Origin: Candidatus Iainarchaeum sp. | GTDB taxonomy: Archaea > Iainarchaeota > Iainarchaeia > Iainarchaeales > 0-14-0-20-30-16 | Direction of reading: 5' to 3' | Length of the DNA stretch: 10,287 bases | NCBI GenBank assembly: GCA_903916665.1 | Contig: CAIWXP010000101.1 | Coordinates: forward strand, 1 to 10,287 | Shown here: one piece after another, positions 1-6,888 of the stretch | Layout of the letters: every line of letters begins with the position of its first letter | Numbering within the stretch: position 1 is the stretch's first letter | Notes under the pieces: model-generated | The model's input: the letters and a program-made list of their open reading frames with translations, nothing else | Database searches by the model: none | What the model was told of the DNA's origin: nothing | Program-made: the position numbers and the translations under genes

Positions 1-2
1 AT

Positions 3-2276
3 CAAGAAAATCAAGAGAATCTTGATGAAAAAGAAAATAAAGAAGTTTCTTCTGAGAACTATGCCGATGATTTTGCGGATTTAGAAGATAAAGCTAAAGA
101 AACCAGTTTAGTTAAAAGTTCAAAAGAAAAAGATAAAAATAAAGAAGAAGAAAAAGATATAGACGAAGATGATAGTGAAGATTATAGTGATGATAATACA
201 AATCCATTGGTAAAAAAATTCCAATATCTTTTTGATAAACATTATAAAACTAAATTAGAAAAATTACTGCAGGAATCAGATAATAAAAAAAGTTTAACAA
301 TTGATTTTACTTTAATTGAGCAATATGATCCTGATTTGGCAGATGAATTAATTGAAAAGCCAGAATATGTAACAGAAGCAATGCAAATAGCTGCTAAGAA
401 ATATAAATCTAGTTTATTGGATGAATCTAAAGAATTTGATCCTACAATAAGAATTGGTAATTTACCAAAAGATAAACGAATTTTAATTAAAAATATTTCT
501 TCAAGGAATATAGGGAAATTTATTTGTGTTGAAGGTATTGTAAAACAATTTACAACAGTTTTACCCAAAATAAAAGTTGCTCACTGGATATGTAAAAAAT
601 GTGGACAAGAAGTAGATTTGCATCAAGAGGGTTTAGATATAAAAAAACCCAAGATGTGCCCAGAATGTAAACATAAAGATTTTATGTTAGATGAACGAAA
701 TAGTGAATTTCAAGATTATCAAAAATTAGAATTACAGGATTTATTGGATGAATTAAAAGGTGGGGAACAAAGTAGTACAGTTCAAGTATATGTTTACGGT
801 GATTTGGTAAATACCTTTACTGCGGGGGAAAGATTAATTGTTTCAGGAATTTTAAAATTAAGAATTCCCAGTGAAATAAAAAATACTGTTTTTGGAAATT
901 ATATTTTTTGTTCAAACGTGGAATCTAGTAAACAGGACTATGATACTATAGAAATTACAAAAGAAGATGAAGCGAGAATAAAAGAATTTTCTCAAAATCC
1001 AGAAATTTATAATTTGTTAATTGCATCGATTGCACCTCATATTCATGGTCACAATGAAGTTAAAGAAGCCATCTCATTGCAACTATTTGGAGGAGTAAGA
1101 AAATTATTGGAACATAAATCCAAGATTAGAGGAAATATTCATGTGCTATTAGTAGGTGATCCTGGTGTGGGTAAATCACAGGTGCTATTAGCGGCAGTAC
1201 AAATAGCTCCCAAAAGTATCTATGTTGCGGGTAAGACTGCAACCGGTGCCGGTTTAACTGCTACTGCAGTAAAAGATGAATTTGGTGAAGGTGGTTGGAC
1301 ACTAAAGGCTGGTGCTTTGGTTTTGGCCAATGGTGGTTTTGCAATGATCGATGAATTCGATAAAATGGATCCTGAAGATCGAAGTGCAATGCATGAAGCT
1401 TTAGAACAGGAAACAGTATCAATTGCAAAAGCAGGTATGGTAACTTCTTTTAAAACAGAAACTTCTGTTTTGGCAGCTGCAAATCCAAAATATGGTCGAT
1501 TTGATGCCTATAAAACTATTCCTGAACAAATTGATGTTCCTCCAACATTAATGTCAAGATTTGATTTATTTTTTGTTTTACAAGATATTGTTGATGAAAA
1601 AAAAGATACAGAAACTGTTAATTCTATTTTAAAGACTCATAAATCTGGAGAATTAATGCGAAAAGGAGATTTGGAAAGTTTATCAGATAAGGATCAAGGA
1701 ACGTTGGACAAGATAAATGTTTTAGCTGCTTTAGATCCCATATTTTTAAGAAAATATATTTCCTATGCAAGAACTAGAATATTTCCAGTTTTGACAGAAA
1801 ATGCAATAAAAGTTATTCAAAAATTCTTTATAAGTTTAAGAAATAAAAGTCAGGGTGGAAGAGTAACAGTTACATTTAGACAATTAGAAGCATTGGTAAG
1901 ATTATCTGAAGCTAGTGCCAAAATAAAATTATCTGAAAACGTTACTGAAGAAGATGCAAATAGAGCAATTTCATTATTCAGAAGATCAATGGAACAGGTA
2001 GGTTTAGATCCAGAAACAGGAACCTTTGATATTGATATTATTACAACTGGTCAAAGTCATAATCAAACATCAAGAATGATGAAAGTTGTTGAAATAATAA
2101 ATAATATTGTTAAAGAACAAAATGGCCAGGCAGCAAAATATGATACAATTATTCAAGAAGCAGAAAAAGAAGGTTTAGATAAACCAAAAGTAAAAGAACT
2201 AATTGAAAAACTTTTGAAAGTTGGTGATATTTACGAACCTAGAGCCTATTGTTATATGGCTACTAAGAAAGATTAA
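3..2276 (+). CDS. mcm: MCM replicative helicase, 5'-partial (reading frame open to the left window edge; canonical MCM core begins near nt 207)
   Basis: The track protein shows MCM architecture: zinc ribbon CKKC-x18-CPEC, Walker A GDPGVGKS (nt 1155-1178), Walker B IDEFDKM, arginine-finger SRFDL, and a winged-helix-like C-terminus. The same frame is stop-free from nt 3 to 206 (68 codons, Asp/Glu/Lys-rich). The other two forward frames stop at 23-25 (TGA) and 82-84 (TAG). TTG 207 is therefore probably only the first start-like codon, not the true start. Confidence 0.93.
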   Translation, partial: QENQENLDEKENKEVSSENYADDFADLEDKAKETSLVKSSKEKDKNKEEEKDIDEDDSEDYSDDNTNPLVKKFQYLFDKHYKTKLEKLLQESDNKKSLTIDFTLIEQYDPDLADELIEKPEYVTEAMQIAAKKYKSSLLDESKEFDPTIRIGNLPKDKRILIKNISSRNIGKFICVEGIVKQFTTVLPKIKVAHWICKKCGQEVDLHQEGLDIKKPKMCPECKHKDFMLDERNSEFQDYQKLELQDLLDELKGGEQSSTVQVYVYGDLVNTFTAGERLIVSGILKLRIPSEIKNTVFGNYIFCSNVESSKQDYDTIEITKEDEARIKEFSQNPEIYNLLIASIAPHIHGHNEVKEAISLQLFGGVRKLLEHKSKIRGNIHVLLVGDPGVGKSQVLLAAVQIAPKSIYVAGKTATGAGLTATAVKDEFGEGGWTLKAGALVLANGGFAMIDEFDKMDPEDRSAMHEALEQETVSIAKAGMVTSFKTETSVLAAANPKYGRFDAYKTIPEQIDVPPTLMSRFDLFFVLQDIVDEKKDTETVNSILKTHKSGELMRKGDLESLSDKDQGTLDKINVLAALDPIFLRKYISYARTRIFPVLTENAIKVIQKFFISLRNKSQGGRVTVTFRQLEALVRLSEASAKIKLSENVTEEDANRAISLFRRSMEQVGLDPETGTFDIDIITTGQSHNQTSRMMKVVEIINNIVKEQNGQAAKYDTIIQEAEKEGLDKPKVKELIEKLLKVGDIYEPRAYCYMATKKD

Positions 2277-2297
2277 TTATTTCTTAGATTTATTTTT
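2263..2297. terminator. Inverted repeat plus T-tract at the zero-gap junction of convergent mcm and the 2277-2780 gene
   Basis: CTAAGAAA (2263-2270) and TTTCTTAG (2280-2287) form a perfect 8-bp inverted repeat around a 9-nt loop that holds both stop codons (TAA 2274-2276 on +, TTA 2277-2279 = TAA on -). TTTATTTTT follows at 2289-2297 on the + strand. Confidence 0.3.
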
Positions 2298-2780
2298 AAT
2301 TAAGTCTCTTACAAATTTCATTGATTCTGATATTGCGTCTGTTGTACGACTACTACCATCATCTAATGCAATTCTCATAGCTATTTCTAATTTTGTCATA
2401 AATCTTCTTAAATTTGGGTCAGTCATTTTTCTTAAATTAACATAATCAGTTGCAGAATTTAAAGTATCAATAACAAAAAAATCTGCTAATTCTGGATGGT
2501 CTGCAACATATTGTACAATACCTCTACTTGAAGATAATTGTAATAATTCAGGAACAAATGTTTTTTCATAATATTCTAAATTAATTAAACGATTTGTTTT
2601 ATGAACTTCATATACTTTTTTAATTTCTTCTTGCCAAGATCTAACTGTTTTACCTATTCTTGTAGTTCTTAATGTTTTAGCTCTTTCAACTAATTCTTGA
2701 TGTGCTATGCTTCCTGGTTTAATTTTTGTTAAAGGTCTTGCAGTAGGTCTTATAACTCTATTTGGTTTTATAGCAGGCAT
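2277..2780 (-). CDS. Uncharacterised protein, long-form member X of the paralogous family (167 aa from the preferred start)
   Basis: Long ORF, clear paralog of 4167-4649. RPLTKIKPGSIAHQELVERA aligns with KPLTRIKVGSIPHRELVDRA (14/20 identical), and DFFVIDTLNS with EYFVLETLNT. I prefer ATG 2780 (MPAIKP...) over the track start 2795. The minus-strand sequence GGAGATGA (2786-2793) is a Shine-Dalgarno 5 nt upstream of it, and the paralog also begins MP. Confidence 0.75.
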   Translation of the reverse strand: MPAIKPNRVIRPTARPLTKIKPGSIAHQELVERAKTLRTTRIGKTVRSWQEEIKKVYEVHKTNRLINLEYYEKTFVPELLQLSSSRGIVQYVADHPELADFFVIDTLNSATDYVNLRKMTDPNLRRFMTKLEIAMRIALDDGSSRTTDAISESMKFVRDLIKNKSKK

Positions 2781-2795
2781 AGCATTCATCTCCAT

Positions 2796-2879
2796 AAATA
2801 TAATATAATTATAATTAAAGTAATAGAGTTAGGCTTTAAATAATTATATGTCCTAAATTTACTATTGGACGTGATTTTT
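2796..2879. promoter_or_regulatory. Divergent promoter region between the 2277-2780 gene (-) and the PLP enzyme gene (+)
   Basis: 84-nt, extremely AT-rich spacer. TTTAAATA (2835-2842) matches the archaeal TATA consensus TTTAWATA and lies 38 nt upstream of ATG 2880. It is followed by the SD-like GGACGTGA (2867-2874). The minus-strand reading contains TTTAATTATAATTATA upstream of the other gene. Confidence 0.45.
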
Positions 2880-4175
2880 ATGAGTGTAGTTAATGAGAAA
2901 AGTAATGTTGTAGTTATTAAACCAACTAGTCAACCAAGAACTGCATTTGCAGATAATTCTTGGAAAAATTATAAAGAAGAAGGACCATTGGGGAAGATCC
3001 GTTGGAATCATTGGAATAAGGAAACTATATTAGTGCATAGTGCAGGTGCAAGAGGAGAATCTGGACCCTATGTTTCAATACCTACCTATACTGGAACAAC
3101 AAGTGCAGCATTAACCTGTGATGAATTAGCAAAAAGATTTGCTAATGCTGTTGTAGATGGCAGACAAGGAAAAATATATTCTAGATTAGGAACATCTTCT
3201 GGTTTTGAATTGGAATGTGCTTTGGCAGGATTACATGATTGTGGGGATGTTTTAGTTTTGGGCTCAGGTATGGCCGCAATAAGTCATTTATTTTTAACAT
3301 TAGTTACTGCTGGTGATAATATAGTTGTACATCGAACAATGTATGGTTGTACAGATGGTTTATGTAATACAATTTTGCCAGAATTAGGAATTGAAACTAG
3401 ATATGTTGATTTAAGAAACCCAGAAATATTAAAAAAAGTAATTGATGATAAAACTCGATTAGTATTCTTTGAAACTCCTGCAAATCCCACATTGGATTTA
3501 ATTGATATTAAAGCTGTTGTTGATGAAGTAAAAGGAAGAGTTCCTGTTATTGTTGATAATACTTTTTGTTCTCCTTTAGGACAAAATCCATTTGAGCAAG
3601 GTGCAAATATTGTAGTTTATTCAATAACTAAATCCATTGGTGGCCATAGTGATGCAATTGGTGGTGCTATTTTAGGTTCAGGAAAATTTATTGCAAATAT
3701 TTATCCAATAAGAAATGATATTGGGGGAATATTATCAGCAAGAGAATCTGCTGCATTTTTAACAGGAATAAAAACATTAAGTTTACGTTATAATCAAATG
3801 CAAGAAAGTGCAAGAGAAATTGCAAAATTATTAAAATCAAGTAATAAAGTAAAAAAAGTTTATTATCCTGAATTTGATGAAAAATATCCTTTGAATGGAC
3901 AAATGAAAGGCCCTGGATATATTATTTCTGTTGTTTTGGATAGCTTAGAATCTGGAAAGAAGTTTGTTGAATCTTTGCGAGTTATAACCAATGCTGTAAG
4001 TTTAGGGGGCGTAGAATCTTTAGTTTGTCATCCTGCAAGTACCACTCATGCAGTAGTTGCAAAAGAACAAAGAGAATCAAAAGATATTGTTGATGGTTTA
4101 ATAAGATTATCAATAGGTTGTGAATCTTTAGAAGACCTAAAAAAAGATATTCAAAGAGCATTGGATTCAATATAA
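2880..4175 (+). CDS. Cys/Met-metabolism PLP-dependent enzyme (methionine gamma-lyase / cystathionine gamma-synthase / beta-lyase / O-acetylhomoserine sulfhydrylase family; exact activity not resolvable)
   Basis: Family signatures are present: YSRLG..., GSGMAA, ETPANP, DNTFCSP, the PLP-lysine motif SITKSIGGHSD, SLGGVESLVCHPASTTH and LIRLSIGCE. ATG 2880 is preferred to the track TTG 2865 because the SD-like GGACGTGA plus a 5-nt T spacer precede it. Confidence 0.9.
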   Translation: MSVVNEKSNVVVIKPTSQPRTAFADNSWKNYKEEGPLGKIRWNHWNKETILVHSAGARGESGPYVSIPTYTGTTSAALTCDELAKRFANAVVDGRQGKIYSRLGTSSGFELECALAGLHDCGDVLVLGSGMAAISHLFLTLVTAGDNIVVHRTMYGCTDGLCNTILPELGIETRYVDLRNPEILKKVIDDKTRLVFFETPANPTLDLIDIKAVVDEVKGRVPVIVDNTFCSPLGQNPFEQGANIVVYSITKSIGGHSDAIGGAILGSGKFIANIYPIRNDIGGILSARESAAFLTGIKTLSLRYNQMQESAREIAKLLKSSNKVKKVYYPEFDEKYPLNGQMKGPGYIISVVLDSLESGKKFVESLRVITNAVSLGGVESLVCHPASTTHAVVAKEQRESKDIVDGLIRLSIGCESLEDLKKDIQRALDSI

Positions 4176-4200
4176 TTTTTTTCTTAATTCTTGAATCCAA
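4161..4200. terminator. 10-bp perfect inverted repeat spanning the overlapping 3' ends of the convergent PLP enzyme gene and the 4167-4649 gene, with oligo-T tracts on both strands
   Basis: TTGGATTCAA (4161-4170) pairs with TTGAATCCAA (4191-4200) around a 20-nt loop. T7 (4176-4182) lies directly after the + strand stop TAA 4173-4175. A7 (4139-4145), which is T7 on the minus strand, lies 22 nt downstream of the minus-strand stop (4167-4169). Confidence 0.4.
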
Positions 4201-4649
4201 GATTCATATCCATTTAATCCTAAAACATCTTTAATATAATTTGCAACTTCAATGTGGTTCCTTAATTCAATAACTTTTGTAGGTCCCAAGGAATCTAAAT
4301 GTACATTATAAATAGTATTCAAGGTTTCTAAAACAAAATATTCTGCATAGTGTTGATTTCTTGTAATAAAATCATTAATTTCTTTAGTAGTGCCAGAACT
4401 AAATTTTCTTACAAACCCTAAAGAAATTGCTTTATATGAATCTAAATCTATATTTCGTCTAGATTGCATAAGTGATAATCTTAATTCAGTAATATTAATG
4501 GTTGTTTGTGGAGTTTTAGCAGTTTTGCCAGATCGTCTTTCTTCTCTAGCTTTCAAAGCTCTATCAACTAATTCTCTATGAGGAATACTTCCCACTTTAA
4601 TTCTGGTTAATGGTTTAGAACTTTTTGCTAAAGGCCTAACTGTTGGCAT
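4167..4649 (-). CDS. Uncharacterised protein, long-form member Y of the paralogous family (160 aa)
   Basis: Long ORF, paralog of 2277-2780 along its whole length. Minus-strand SD GGAGTGA (4654-4660) lies 4 nt upstream of the ATG (4647-4649). Its 3' end overlaps the convergent PLP gene by 9 nt. Confidence 0.78.
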   Translation of the reverse strand: MPTVRPLAKSSKPLTRIKVGSIPHRELVDRALKAREERRSGKTAKTPQTTINITELRLSLMQSRRNIDLDSYKAISLGFVRKFSSGTTKEINDFITRNQHYAEYFVLETLNTIYNVHLDSLGPTKVIELRNHIEVANYIKDVLGLNGYESWIQELRKKLY

Positions 4650-4701
4650 AAAATCACTCCAATAAATATAATAATTAATATAATATTTGTAAGATTTATA
4701 T
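4650..4701 (-). promoter_or_regulatory. Putative promoter and SD region of the 4167-4649 gene
   Basis: 52-nt spacer made almost entirely of A/T. The minus-strand reading is TATAAATCTTACAAATATTATATTAATTATTATATTTATTGGAGTGATTTT-ATG, which gives several TATA-like candidates and a clear SD. The exact box cannot be chosen by eye. Confidence 0.35.
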
Positions 4702-5340
4702 TTATTTAGGTGATCTTGCTAATTGTTTTCTATATTCTCTGCTTTTTTTTGCAGACAAAGCTCTTACATTTAAATTATCTTTATAATATGAAAATTCAAA
4801 TTGATTAAATTGGTGAAAGCTAGTTCTAGAATTATTTTTGGTTAAATTTACGCCAACACCTTTGTGTTCTAATATTGGTTTCAAAAATCCTTCAGACCAA
4901 TGGTTTACGCAAACATCTCCATCTTCACCAAATACTTCTAAATCAACTTGCTTTCCTAATTTGGAATAAATTCTTTCTGGCAAATATTCTTCTTGATATT
5001 GTGGTAAAAAATTAGTATCAACAAAAGAATCACCTAATTGCTCTCTTGCAAATTCTTTAAATCGTTTAATTAATTTATCATATATTGATTTTAATTCTGC
5101 TATTTGTTCTTTTGATACTTTTGATTTGGGTTTTAAATCGTCTTCTAAATAAGGATCAACTAAAATAAATAAAGTATTTGGATTTCTTGCAGATTCTAAA
5201 ACGGCTTTGCCATATTGAGCAAGATTTATTTTAACTATTTTTAGACATTCTTCTTTACTAATTTTTTTCATAATGTAATCATATAATGGATTAAAAAGAG
5301 GATGCACCAATAGTTTTATTTGATTATATTGTTTAGGCAT
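4702..5340 (-). CDS. Hypothetical protein (212 aa), no family recognised
   Basis: Uninterrupted 212-codon ORF in an AT-rich background. The palindromic TATA-like ATTTAAAT (5361-5368) is centred about 25 nt upstream of the ATG (5338-5340) with no SD. This suggests a leaderless transcript. Confidence 0.65.
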   Translation of the reverse strand: MPKQYNQIKLLVHPLFNPLYDYIMKKISKEECLKIVKINLAQYGKAVLESARNPNTLFILVDPYLEDDLKPKSKVSKEQIAELKSIYDKLIKRFKEFAREQLGDSFVDTNFLPQYQEEYLPERIYSKLGKQVDLEVFGEDGDVCVNHWSEGFLKPILEHKGVGVNLTKNNSRTSFHQFNQFEFSYYKDNLNVRALSAKKSREYRKQLARSPK

Positions 5341-5360
5341 AGTATAATAGGATCTAATCT

Positions 5361-5368
5361 ATTTAAAT
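5361..5368 (-). promoter_or_regulatory. TATA-box candidate for the 4702-5340 gene (leaderless geometry)
   Basis: ATTTAAAT reads as TTTAAAT on both strands and lies 21-28 nt from the start codon. This is typical archaeal TATA-to-TSS spacing if transcription starts at or near the ATG. Confidence 0.4.
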
Positions 5369-5416
5369 TATTTTGGCTATAGATCGATTTTTATTAACTT
5401 TCTTCCAATATTATTT

Positions 5417-5557
5417 ATGGATATTAAAGACAGAGTAATTATTGTAACCGGGGCATCACAAGGAATTGGATTATTTGCAGCAAATAAAGAAGTAATTGAA
5501 TTTTACAAACATTTAGGTTTTGTTGAAGGAAATGGCATGACTCTAAAAGAAAACTAA
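5417..5557 (+). pseudogene. 46-codon chimeric gene remnant: SDR (short-chain dehydrogenase) N-terminus fused to a GNAT acetyltransferase-like C-terminus
   Basis: My own translation is MDIKDRVIIVTGASQGIGLFAANKEVIEFYKHLGFVEGNGMTLKEN*. VIIVTGASQGIG is the classic SDR TGxxxGIG Rossmann start. N..VIEFYKHLGF resembles the C-terminal N..A..FY.K.GF motif of GNAT enzymes. It is far too short for either fold and is absent from the supplied ORF track. Confidence 0.45.
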
Positions 5558-5564
5558 GCTCTAG

Positions 5565-5573
5565 TTTTATATA
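5565..5573 (+). promoter_or_regulatory. TATA-box candidate for the presenilin-like protease gene and downstream array (leaderless geometry)
   Basis: TTTTATATA is centred about 26 nt upstream of ATG 5595, and no SD lies between them. Confidence 0.4.
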
Positions 5574-5594
5574 CTCTTTATTCTTATTTTATCT

Positions 5595-6479
5595 ATGAAT
5601 TCATTTAGTTCACGTAACAAAATAATGTTTCAAGTGTTTTTATCCTATTTATTATCTTTTCTAATTGCAGTATGGTTGTTTCTTTTGTTTAGAGCTAGTG
5701 GTGTAACTGTTGAAACCATTGCGCCAGCAAATAGCCTATGGAATACGGTTTATTTTTTTGCAGTGATAATTGTTGAAACTGTTATTTTAATTTTATTATT
5801 AAAAACCTTTAAAAAATTAAATCTATTAAAAGGTATTGATATTTTTGTAAGTTTTTTTGCAGTGTTTGGAATTTTTTCATTATTCTTTGAATCATTAATT
5901 TGGCCATTATTAATTTCTATACTATTAATTGCAGTAAAAGAAATAACAAAAAGTGTTTGGTTAAAAAATGCAATTGTGTTTTTAGTGGTTGGATTTTTTG
6001 GTGCCTATATTGGCTATAGTTTAGGAATTCTTCCAGTATTTTTATTATTAGTTTTAATTGCAATTTACGATTATATTGCGGTATTTAAAACTAAACATAT
6101 GGTATTCTTGGCAAATCAAATAATTGACAAGAACACTTTATTTGTAATGGACTATGGAAATGTAAATACTACTAGTACAACAGAAATAAAACAAGAAATT
6201 AAACCCGTTAAAACAAAAGAAAAGGAAATAGATCCAAGCAAAAGAAATCATTTACATTTAGGAACGGGAGATTTTGCATTACCTTTAATGGCAATTATGG
6301 CTTTGTTTGCAGTAAATTGGATTTTTGGAATAATTGCTTTTTTTGCTTGTTTATTAAGTTTAGAATTAACAATATATTTATTATTTACAAAAAAACATTT
6401 AGCTTTGCCAGCAATACCTTTGCAAGCAATAGGCTATACCATTGTGTTAGGAATCTATGTTATAATTAGTTTAATTTAA
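5595..6479 (+). CDS. Presenilin / signal-peptide-peptidase family (A22, GxGD-type) intramembrane aspartyl protease homolog
   Basis: Polytopic hydrophobic protein of 294 aa. It has the YD motif (AIYDYIAVF; Asp159, nt 6069-6071), the GxGD motif (HLGTGDFALP; Asp226, nt 6270-6272) and a PAL-like motif (LALPAIP, residues 270-275). A polar loop sits between the two catalytic TM segments, as in archaeal presenilin homologs. Confidence 0.8.
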   Translation: MNSFSSRNKIMFQVFLSYLLSFLIAVWLFLLFRASGVTVETIAPANSLWNTVYFFAVIIVETVILILLLKTFKKLNLLKGIDIFVSFFAVFGIFSLFFESLIWPLLISILLIAVKEITKSVWLKNAIVFLVVGFFGAYIGYSLGILPVFLLLVLIAIYDYIAVFKTKHMVFLANQIIDKNTLFVMDYGNVNTTSTTEIKQEIKPVKTKEKEIDPSKRNHLHLGTGDFALPLMAIMALFAVNWIFGIIAFFACLLSLELTIYLLFTKKHLALPAIPLQAIGYTIVLGIYVIISLI

Positions 6480-6502
6480 ATAGTTTAGTGAGTGTATAGA
6501 AT

Positions 6503-6880
6503 ATGCCAAAACCATTACCTGTCATAGTTAGAAAACCAATGGACCATATTGAGTGCCTTGATCATGATTTACTACATCATGAATTAACTAGAGATGTAAG
6601 GGAATTAAAACCTCATCAAATAGAAAGAACAAAACAAATAACTGCTGTTCTTTTAGGTAAATTTGACATATTTTTAGAACAATTATCAAAACAAGAAGTG
6701 GATAGATTATATGTGCAACATAGAGATAAGGATATTGTAATAAGAGCATTGAGATATAAAATAATTAGGTCAAAAGAGATTGGGCCATTATTAGCAGAAT
6801 TAGGACAAATAGATTATAATTTAGTTACAAATGTAATGAGACATTTGGAAAAAATATTAAGACAAAGATATGATTTATAG
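6503..6880 (+). CDS. Small paralog A (125 aa), uncharacterised family
   Basis: ORF with a weak SD-like AGTGAGTG (6487-6494). The C-terminal KEIGPLLAELGQID-YNLVTNVMRHL aligns to the family motif. The N-terminal MPKPLPVIVRKP...LLHHELTRD resembles the N-termini of the two long forms. Confidence 0.7.
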   Translation: MPKPLPVIVRKPMDHIECLDHDLLHHELTRDVRELKPHQIERTKQITAVLLGKFDIFLEQLSKQEVDRLYVQHRDKDIVIRALRYKIIRSKEIGPLLAELGQIDYNLVTNVMRHLEKILRQRYDL

Positions 6881-6888
6881 TGATTTTT

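Noticed and set aside
242-568. 108-aa minus-strand ORF inside mcm
   Set aside because: It is antisense to a strongly supported, motif-rich CDS. The product is low-complexity, no SD or promoter is visible, and it is a typical shadow ORF of AT-rich coding DNA.
2221-2445. 74-aa plus-strand ORF overlapping the mcm 3' end and antisense to member X
   Set aside because: It lies opposite a CDS supported by a full-length paralog alignment. It has no initiation signals and an Ile/Leu/Phe-rich shadow composition.
2781-2795. Track start MEMNAM... for member X, and the TTG 207, TTG 2865, GTG 6880 and GTG 7560 starts
   Set aside because: The downstream ATGs are each preceded by an SD at 4-5 nt and give N-termini that match the paralogs (MP...). 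The upstream codons fall inside the SD or lack one. For mcm the frame is simply open to the window edge.
3284-4200. Two minus-strand ORFs (3284-3490 and 3982-4200) inside the PLP enzyme gene
   Set aside because: They are antisense to a CDS with unambiguous family motifs. There are no supporting signals, so they are shadow ORFs.
4390-4581. 63-aa plus-strand ORF inside member Y
   Set aside because: It is antisense to a CDS validated by paralogy with 2277-2780, and nothing supports it independently.
4702-5340. Isochorismatase/cysteine-hydrolase assignment for the 212-aa protein, based on IKLLVHPLF and GDVCVN resembling family motifs
   Set aside because: The resemblance rests on two short, degenerate patterns with spacing I cannot verify without a profile search. 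It is kept as hypothetical.
5341-5594. Possible replication origin in the AT-rich intergenic region (prompted by the nearby mcm), including a 6-bp inverted repeat GATCTA (5351-5356) / TAGATC (5380-5385) around the ATTTAAAT palindrome
   Set aside because: I see no ORB or mini-ORB-like repeated elements and there is no cdc6/orc1 neighbour. The region is explained by two promoters plus the SDR/GNAT remnant, and a 6-bp repeat is expected by chance.
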